In this document: positions 57,536 through 64,000 of the stretch, piece by piece
Position numbering within the stretch: the stretch's first letter is position 1
Layout of the letters: each line of letters begins with the position of its first letter
Assembly: GCA_965206645.1 (NCBI GenBank)
Contig: CBDBKE010000003.1
Coordinates: 544,001 to 608,000, forward strand
DNA: 64,000 nt
Origin: Terriglobia bacterium
GTDB lineage: Bacteria; Acidobacteriota; Terriglobia; JAJPHL01; JAPKYU01
Direction: 5' to 3'
Translations under genes and position numbers: made by a program
The notes under the pieces: model-generated
What the model saw: the letters and a program-made list of their open reading frames with translations, nothing else
What the model was told of the DNA's origin: nothing
The model's database searches: none

Positions 57536-58843
57536 TCAGGCCGACTGCAACGCGGCTACCGGACCCAGCTTTTTCAGCAGGCTGTCAATGGCGGAGGTGG
57601 TGACCCGTCCCCCTGATCGGTCCAGCAGCGGGCCGAAGACACGCAGCGGTTGTTGCTTGTCCGGGTCCCCGTTCTTGTGCGCCTTTCCGTTCTTCTCCCT
57701 GGATTCGACTTCGCTACGGCACTGCTTCAAGAAAGCGCGCACCACCGCCGGTTCGAACTGCTCGCCGCTACAGCGCACCAGTTCTGACAGGGCTAAATCC
57801 AGCGGCATTCGGTTGCGGTACGGGCGGTTGCTGGTCATGGCGTCGAAGGCGTCGGCGAGGGCCAGCACGCGCGCGGGCAGTGGAATCTGGTTGCCCTGCA
57901 GGCCGTCGGGGTACCCGCTGCCGTCCACGCGCTCGTGGTGCGAGCGGACTACGCTGCGAACTTCCGGCCAGGGGAAGCTGGCCGCCGAGAGCACCTCGTC
58001 GCCCACCAGGGGGTGGTAGGCCACCTCGCTTCGTTCATCGTCGCTGAGGCGGCCGGTCTTGTTGAGCAGGGCGCGGTCCAGGACGATCTTGCCGATGTCG
58101 TGCAGGTAGGCGCCGATGCGGATGCCGGCCGCCGCCTTGCGGGGCAGTTGCAGGCGCTCGGCCAGCGCCGACGAGTAGCGCGCCACCCTCACGGAGTGGC
58201 CGCGCGTGTAGACGTCCTTGGCGTCAATCGCGGTAGAAAAAGCCTGCACCGTGTCGAAGTAGGTGCTGGCCAGGGTCTCACACAGGCGCACGTTCTCCTC
58301 GACGGCCGAGCGCAGCGTTTGCATCAGATCGTGCTGGTAGAGCAGCACGGCGGCGTACCGCCCCAGCGTCTCCAGGGCGCCGCGCTCGTGCACAGTGAGC
58401 GGGGCAGCGTTGAGGCGGCTGCCAAGGCCCAACAGGCCGGACAGACGTCCGCGCATCACCAGCGGCAGCACCTGCGTCAGCCCGGTACGCGAGAGGTAGG
58501 TGCGCAGCGCGGTGGGCAGCCTCTTGTCATTGGCGGCCAGCAGTTCTGGAGTCTCCAGAAACTCGGCGGCTTCGTTGCGCTTGAACATCGGCAAAGTGCG
58601 GTCGAATTCCGCCCCGCGCCGGGCACCCGTCGGTCCGCCCTTGATCGCCATCGGGTGCAACCGTCCAGCCGCATCGCAGCGCCACAAGGCCCCCCGGGGA
58701 ACGCCGACCGAGCCCAGCAGCAAGTACAGGATCGAGCGGCTGGCCGTCGCAAGCTCACGCGTCTCCACAGCCTGCTGGCTCAGGTCGGTGAACGCATCCA
58801 GCGTGAACAGCAGCCGCTGATATTCTTTTGCGCTCGCCTTCAT
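57536..58843 (-). CDS. GAF-like plus HD-GYP phosphodiesterase
   Basis: HSVRVA, LHDIGK, HHERVDGSGYP, ADAFDAM, RPYR. Confidence 0.92.
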   Translation of the reverse strand: MKASAKEYQRLLFTLDAFTDLSQQAVETRELATASRSILYLLLGSVGVPRGALWRCDAAGRLHPMAIKGGPTGARRGAEFDRTLPMFKRNEAAEFLETPELLAANDKRLPTALRTYLSRTGLTQVLPLVMRGRLSGLLGLGSRLNAAPLTVHERGALETLGRYAAVLLYQHDLMQTLRSAVEENVRLCETLASTYFDTVQAFSTAIDAKDVYTRGHSVRVARYSSALAERLQLPRKAAAGIRIGAYLHDIGKIVLDRALLNKTGRLSDDERSEVAYHPLVGDEVLSAASFPWPEVRSVVRSHHERVDGSGYPDGLQGNQIPLPARVLALADAFDAMTSNRPYRNRMPLDLALSELVRCSGEQFEPAVVRAFLKQCRSEVESREKNGKAHKNGDPDKQQPLRVFGPLLDRSGGRVTTSAIDSLLKKLGPVAALQSA

Positions 58844-59163
58844 AGTTGACGCACTGGCACCCGGGCACAAATTCCTAGGAGGTTAAACAGTTCCAGCATG
58901 TGCTCGGGGACTCGCGAAAACTCCAGCTGTCTGGCGGTGTGCTCCGCCTCTTCGACAATGTCCAGCAGGAAGGAGATGCCGATGCTGTTCACCAGCGAGG
59001 CGCCGGCAAAGTCCAGTTACAACGCGCGGATTCCGCGGGCGAACAGCTTTTCGCACTCCTGGGTCAACAGCTCTCCTCCACTCTCGTTCAGGTAGCCGTG
59101 AAAAAAGACGACCGCGCGTCCTTCAATTTCTTTCGATTCCAGGTGTAACTTTCTCGTCGGTAG
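58840..59163 (-). pseudogene. STAS anti-sigma antagonist domain with internal TAA and no start codon (absent from ORF track)
   Basis: ..VVFFHGYLNESGGE..GIRAL*LDFAGASLVNSIGISFLL..ELFNLLG..; TAA at 59017-59019; terminal TGA overlaps the HD-GYP ATG. Confidence 0.8.
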
Positions 59164-61156
59164 AAGACCCCGAGTCCCCGGCGGGCTGGCCGGTGGTAAA
59201 GCGCTTGGTCATGCGGATCGTCGTGCCGTTCAGGTCGCTGGAGAAGCTCACCCGGTCCGTCAAGGAATGGATGATCTTCAACCCGTGCCCGCGCTGAACA
59301 CCGGCCCCATCGGCTTCCTGTCCGGCCTGGGGCTGGAAGGGAGCGCCGGGATTGGTCACCGCCATCTCCACGATTCCCGGAGTGACGCTGAGCCGGACCT
59401 CCATTTGCGCTGGCATTTGCGCCGGCATTTGTGCCGGTTGCGCCACGGGGCCGGCGCGGCCGTGCTCGATGGCGTTGAGGCAGGCTTCCACCAGCGCGAT
59501 GCGTGCCTGGGCGGCGGACCGCTTGTCGCAGTTGTGCTGCTCCAGCAACTGGTCCAGCACGCGCACGGCAGCAATCTCGAAATCGGGCTTCATGGGCAGC
59601 GTGAGCACTACCTCGGAAGAGGACTCGCCGACCGGCTCCTGTTCCGGCTGCGTGGCAATCAAGCGATTGAACAGGCCGAACTCCAGCAGGCGCACGCCTG
59701 CGCGCTGCGCCTGCTCAAGATCCGACGGGCCAGGGTTTTTCAGCACCACCCATTTCTCAGCGGGATTGGGGGCACCGCTCGCCTCCGTTGGCAGCGCCGC
59801 GGCTGCGCGCCGGTTGAGCTCCTCCAGTGCCGGCGCCAGGTGTGCCTCATCGCCCAGAACCGCGACCGCCAGCAACGACGCCACTTCCAAGTGTCGCCGC
59901 CCTTCAGAAAAACCGTAACAGAGGAACAACTGGCCCTGGGCAAACTCTTCACGGGCAACGTGGCAGACTTCCGGCACCTGCGCGCCGGGGAGGCCGTTCT
60001 CGGCAAGCCAGTCGGCAGCCGTTGGCATCAGTCCCTGCAGGCCCGCGGCAATGTGGGAAGCCACCTGCGCGGTTCCACAGACGCGACGAGCTTCCTCCAA
60101 GTCGGCCAGCAGGCGCAGCGTCAGCAGGCCAGCCGCGCGATCCGGCACCTGCGCGGATGCCTCCAGCGTTGCCCAATCTCGCGCCGCCGGCCAGGAGCGC
60201 AGCGCCCAGTGGGCGCCGCGCGCGCTTACCCAGCCGCCTTGCTGCATCTGGTGGAGCAGGTCATCCACGGCAATGCGATGGCGCCAGCGAGCCAACCGCG
60301 AGGCCTCCAACGTGCCGGCCGACAGCGTCTCCAGCGCGAAACGGCGCTCCAGGCTTCCCGGCTCTGCCGGCAGGCGCTCCCGGAAATAGGCAGCCAGGCT
60401 GCCCTGCCATAGCTGGTCCAGGTACGCGCGGACGAAGGCAGCAGGGCTGTCCAGCGGCGTGCCCGCTGCAGCGGCGCCACGCACCACCGACTGCAACACG
60501 TACGGGTCGCTGCCCGTGTAGGCCACGAATGGCTCGGCGGCTTCCCAGGAAAAGTTAATTCCCAGAACGCGCGCCAGACTCTCCGTCAGCAGTAGCCTTT
60601 CGCGCACCGTAAGTTATTCCAGCGCCAGTACTTGAGCCGCGGAGGGAACGGCCGGCGAGACGGGCGCGGCCACCGTAGCCAGCGCCGGCGAGGCTACTGA
60701 GGCCGCTGCACGCAACCATTCTTCCGGAGCGTCATCGAGTAGCAGACAGATGGGGCCCACTCGCTCGGCCAAAACGGCCGCCGCCGAAAAGAAGTGCTCC
60801 GCTGGCGGGGAGCCGCTGCCGGCTGCGAGAAATTCATGCCAGATGGCCGCGTCCTCACGCTCAGCCAGCAATGCGCGATCCAGAAGAACTGCGGGCGAGC
60901 GCAGACGCCCTTCGGCAAACCCAAGAAGTTGCGCCGCCGCCTGCTCGACCGCGCCATCGAGCAAGCGGCGGCCGCCCAGCCTCAGTAGAACCGGGGCCAC
61001 GGCGCGCTGGCTCAGTAGCACGCCAAACAACTGGCGCAGGAAATCGCTCTTACCGCGGTGGGGTGGCGCTTCCAGACAGATCAACCCCGGGACAAACGGG
61101 GTGCTCAGCAATCCGGCTAGGCGGACCGCCTGTCGCCGCGGGAACCTCCCGGCCAT
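59123..61156 (-). pseudogene. P-loop NTPase-like to RsbW-type HATPase multidomain protein interrupted by one in-frame TAA
   Basis: ORFs 60614-61156 (APPHRGKS, LLLDD) and 59123-60607 (EACLNAIEHG, NPG, RGHGL) share a frame, separated only by LE*LT at 60614-60616. Confidence 0.7.
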
Positions 61157-61319
61157 GTGCTCACCCTAGCACAGGACAGCGCCAGAGACAACAGTTCAGC
61201 ATAATTATGTTTAGAACATTTCTCTATTGAACCGTTTCAAATTCGGGGTGGCGCAGGGCCGGTCGAGCAGCGCCAGCCAGATGAGCGGTTGGGGGAATCA
61301 CTACCGGTTGGCCGCCGGA

Positions 61320-61455
61320 CTACTGCGCTGCCCGGTTGCCGCCCGCTTTTTGCTGATCCCGCTTTTTGCTGATGCAGAATAGCGTCTTTTCGCTGCGTAT
61401 GAGGATTTTCCCGTCGGCAATGGCCGGGGAGGAAAAGATGGGCTCGCCAATCGGA
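61320..61455 (-). pseudogene. C-terminal remnant of a PQQ-type beta-propeller protein
   Basis: IGEPIFSSPAIADGKILIRSEKTLFCI is a typical last propeller blade. Confidence 0.6.
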
Positions 61456-61618
61456 ATGTCCTGTCCTGATACCGAGCGCACAGGTCGCCGACCTCGCCGA
61501 GGAGCCGCATTACGCTCCTTTTTGCAACTCCGGTCATGCGCACGGTGGACCGAATCGAGCACCCTTCTATCAGACAACTAATAACGCTTGTTCGTTTTTC
61601 AATACTTAGCTCGTTCAT
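61452..61618 (-). pseudogene. N-terminal fragment of an IS1-family-like transposase
   Basis: MNELSIEKR..VISCLIEGCSIRSTVRMTGVAK.SV.RLL..G..C..YQD HTH; no DDE domain follows. Confidence 0.7.
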
Positions 61619-61733
61619 AATCTGGAATATATACTAATGCTGTTTAGCATGTAAGGTGAAATTTTGAATTATATAACCTGTAGTATCAATAGCTTACGAA
61701 CAGGCCACTTTCGCTGCTATCCGCCTTGGAGGA

Positions 61734-61767
61734 TACTACAACTGCAACATTAGTTGCAGTTGTAGTA
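61734..61767. promoter_or_regulatory. Perfect 15-bp inverted repeat, probable TA operator
   Basis: TACTACAACTGCAAC-atta-GTTGCAGTTGTAGTA upstream of the HTH gene. Confidence 0.65.
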
Positions 61768-61841
61768 GTTGTAACGGATATGCCAGTTGAAAGCATCTAA
61801 CGAAGTGGAGTAGTCTTAACAATGAAAGGGGGTATCAACCA

Positions 61842-62312
61842 ATGGCCACAATGCCTAGTGGAGTTCAGAGCAATGAAGTGCCCATTTCCCCCGCGCAGCA
61901 AAGAGAAATTCAAGACCTGTATGAGAAGCTGCGTCAGATGGAGGCGAAACTAATTGGTCCAGACGGCACAACTGAGGTCTTGCCGAACAACATAACCTCG
62001 TTTCTGTACGGACTACTGAAAGACCTGCGGGCTGGCTACTCTGTTACGATTTTGCAGCTTGGCGCTGCATTGACGACCACTGATGCAAGCAAACTGCTTG
62101 GGATGTCGAGACAATTCTTAGTTAAGCTGTTAGAAAAAAACGAGATTCCTTTCCATTACGTCGGCACCCATAGGCGCATTTATGCTCGCGATGTGTTGGC
62201 ATACAAAGCAAAGCGCGATGCAGTTCGTAGAAAAGCGTTAGACGATCTAGCGCAGGACGAGTATCAGGAAGGGCGCTACACAATTCCTGATGATTTTAAC
62301 GCTGGACAATGA
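61842..62312 (+). CDS. Excisionase-family HTH protein, putative antitoxin
   Basis: LTTTDASKLLGMSRQFLVKLLE..IPF..VGTHRRI; overlaps the PIN gene. Confidence 0.85.
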   Translation: MATMPSGVQSNEVPISPAQQREIQDLYEKLRQMEAKLIGPDGTTEVLPNNITSFLYGLLKDLRAGYSVTILQLGAALTTTDASKLLGMSRQFLVKLLEKNEIPFHYVGTHRRIYARDVLAYKAKRDAVRRKALDDLAQDEYQEGRYTIPDDFNAGQ

Positions 62313-62712
62313 ATGGTCTGCAGTGTTGGATTCGTGCGTCTTGATCCCAATGCCTCTGTGCGCCACGCTACTGAGACTGGCGGTAGAGCCCGCACTCTAC
62401 AGACCGCTATGGAGCGAACGAATCCTTCGGGAAGTGGGTGACGCTTTAGAGACCAAGCTCGGATTAACCAAAGAACAGAGGGGAAAGCGTATCGCTAGGA
62501 TGCGGGCGGCCTTTCCAGAGGCCGTGGTTGCGATAACCAATGAGATGGTCACTGCCCTCACCGGCTTCCCCGATCCGAACGACTGTCATGTAGTAGCGGC
62601 TGCTATCATGGGCCACGCTAATGCAATCGTGACCTGCAATACAAAACATTTTCCGCCTGAATGCCTGCAGCAATATGGCGTTCTTTGCCACCATCCAGAC
62701 GACTTCTTGATC
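62290..62712 (+). pseudogene. PIN domain toxin (PIN_3-like) interrupted by IS3 element
   Basis: VLDSCVL, WSERILRE, DPNDCHV, IVTCN.KHFP, HPDDFL; the stop is the first TGA of the IS. Confidence 0.85.
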
Positions 62713-63992
62713 TGACCTGCCGGCTTTCTTCGGACCACCGATTACTGGAGAACAGCGCCAGTCGGCATGGTTAAGTCGCTCTCGTGTTCTTCTTGGTCAG
62801 CGTGAGCCGGCATCGCCGGCGAGCGCCCACCGTCATCCGAGCCAGCACGGAGCTGCGCTTTGAACTCGGCTGGCGTCAGATAGCCAAGGCTCGAGTGCGG
62901 TCGCACGTCGTTGTAGTGCCGTCGCCATTGCTCGATCCCCACCTTCGCGTCCACGCGGTTCCGAAACCACTGCAGGCTCAGATACTCGTCGCGGAACTTC
63001 CCGTTGAACGATTCGTCGGTCGCATTCTGCCACGGCTTGCCCGGCTCGATGAGCGCGGTTTCGATCTGCGCCTGGAGCAGCCACCGGAGAATCGCACCCG
63101 CGACAAACTCGGGGCCGTTGTCGGACCGGAGGTAACGTGGGGCTCCGTGGACGCTCACGAGCTGCGTGAGCACCTCGATAACGCGCCCGGACCGAATGCC
63201 GCCGGCCACGTCGATCGCGAGTGACTCGCGGGTCCATTCGTCGACGACGGTGAGGCACTTGAGCGTCTGCCCATTCGCGCAGGTGTCGAACACGAAGTCG
63301 TACGCCCAGACGTGATTGACCGCAGTGGCGGGCACCGGGCGGGGCCGGCTCAGGGCGACCCGGCGCCGCGGCCGCCGCCGAGGCACCTGCAACCCCGCCT
63401 GGCGCCAGAGGCGATGGGTCCGGTCCGTGCTCATCGTGTGCCCTTCGCGTTTTAGGAAAATCCGAATCCGGCGATAGCCGTACCGCGGATACTGCGCCGC
63501 CAGACGACGCATCGCGGCCAGCGCCGGGGCATCCCGGTCGACCAGCCGCGACTGGTAGCCCAGCGTGGACCGTGCGACGGAGAGCAAGGCGCACGCGCGG
63601 CGACCCGACAGACCGCGTGCACGTGCATACGCGACCTGCGGCCGGCGCACGCGTGCGCCTACCATTTTTTTCGGGTGATCTCCTTGAGCACGTCGATCTC
63701 CAGATCTCGATCGGCCACCATCTTTTTCAGCCGGCCGTTCTCCTGCTCGAGCTGCCGCAGCCGCTTCACATCGGCGGGCTCCAACGTGCCGAAGTGTTTC
63801 CGCCAGGCGTAGAGCGTCTGGGCGCTGACGCCGTTCTTTTTGGCCACCTCCGGAACGGGCCGCTGATCGGCCTCGCGGAGGATCGTCACCATCTGCTCTT
63901 CGGTAAACCGGGTCTTCTTCATGGCTCCCTCGTTTCTCCGAGGGCGCCATTCTCTCAGGCTTCAGCTGGTCCGGAAATCGCCAGGCAGGTCA
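62713..63992 (-). mobile_element. IS3-family insertion sequence (IS407-like), complete, 1280 bp
   Basis: TG...CA ends; IRs TGACCTGCCGGCTTTCTTCGGACCA and TGACCTGCCTGGCGATTTCCGGACCA; GATC duplicated at 62709-62712 and 63993-63996. Confidence 0.95.
62742..63922 (-). CDS. IS3 transposase OrfAB via programmed -1 frameshift
   Basis: OrfA MKKTRFTEEQ..(63659-63922); A7 slippery run at 63665-63671; OrfB with WAYDF, SDNGPEF, ESFNG, RPHSSL. Confidence 0.93.
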
Positions 63993-64000
63993 GATCCATC

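Noticed and set aside
58840-61156. Reassigned TAA codon / alternative genetic code
   Set aside because: TAA terminates ordinary genes here (e.g. rnc, the 39780 TPR gene, the micropeptide)
63672-63950. 402-aa single-ORF transposase start
   Set aside because: The upstream part is the alternative frame of orfA; the real product is OrfAB by -1 frameshift

Overview
GC-rich bacterial chromosomal segment; gene content and repeat style suggest Acidobacteriota (inference, not shown directly). Most of it is housekeeping: dnaG 3' end-rpoD, a beta-oxidation operon, ROK kinase-mutM, an ECF sigma/anti-sigma trio, guaA, coaD-aminotransferase-manA-manC-PMM-M48 peptidase, rnc-lepB-asmA and uvrA with TPR genes. 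The most unusual item is an orphan cas6 with no other cas gene or array in the window. A single 36-nt CRISPR-repeat-like hairpin overlaps its stop codon, and a stand-alone Pnkp-type polynucleotide kinase lies directly upstream. Other accessory elements are: a complete IS1595-family element (imperfect TIRs, 8-bp TSD) carrying a hypothetical protein-PIN pair and a small basic ORF; an unannotated 18-aa Lys-rich micropeptide gene with its own RBS and terminator; a porin-CuA cupredoxin-diheme protein-DtxR operon whose regulator lacks a canonical start codon; a P-loop/HATPase-STAS-HD-GYP operon interrupted by two in-frame TAA codons; and an HTH-PIN toxin-antitoxin pair disrupted by a complete IS3-family element. 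Short tandem duplications containing the stop codon recur at six gene ends. No rRNA, tRNA or true CRISPR array was seen. All family calls come from motif recognition by eye; no searches were run.
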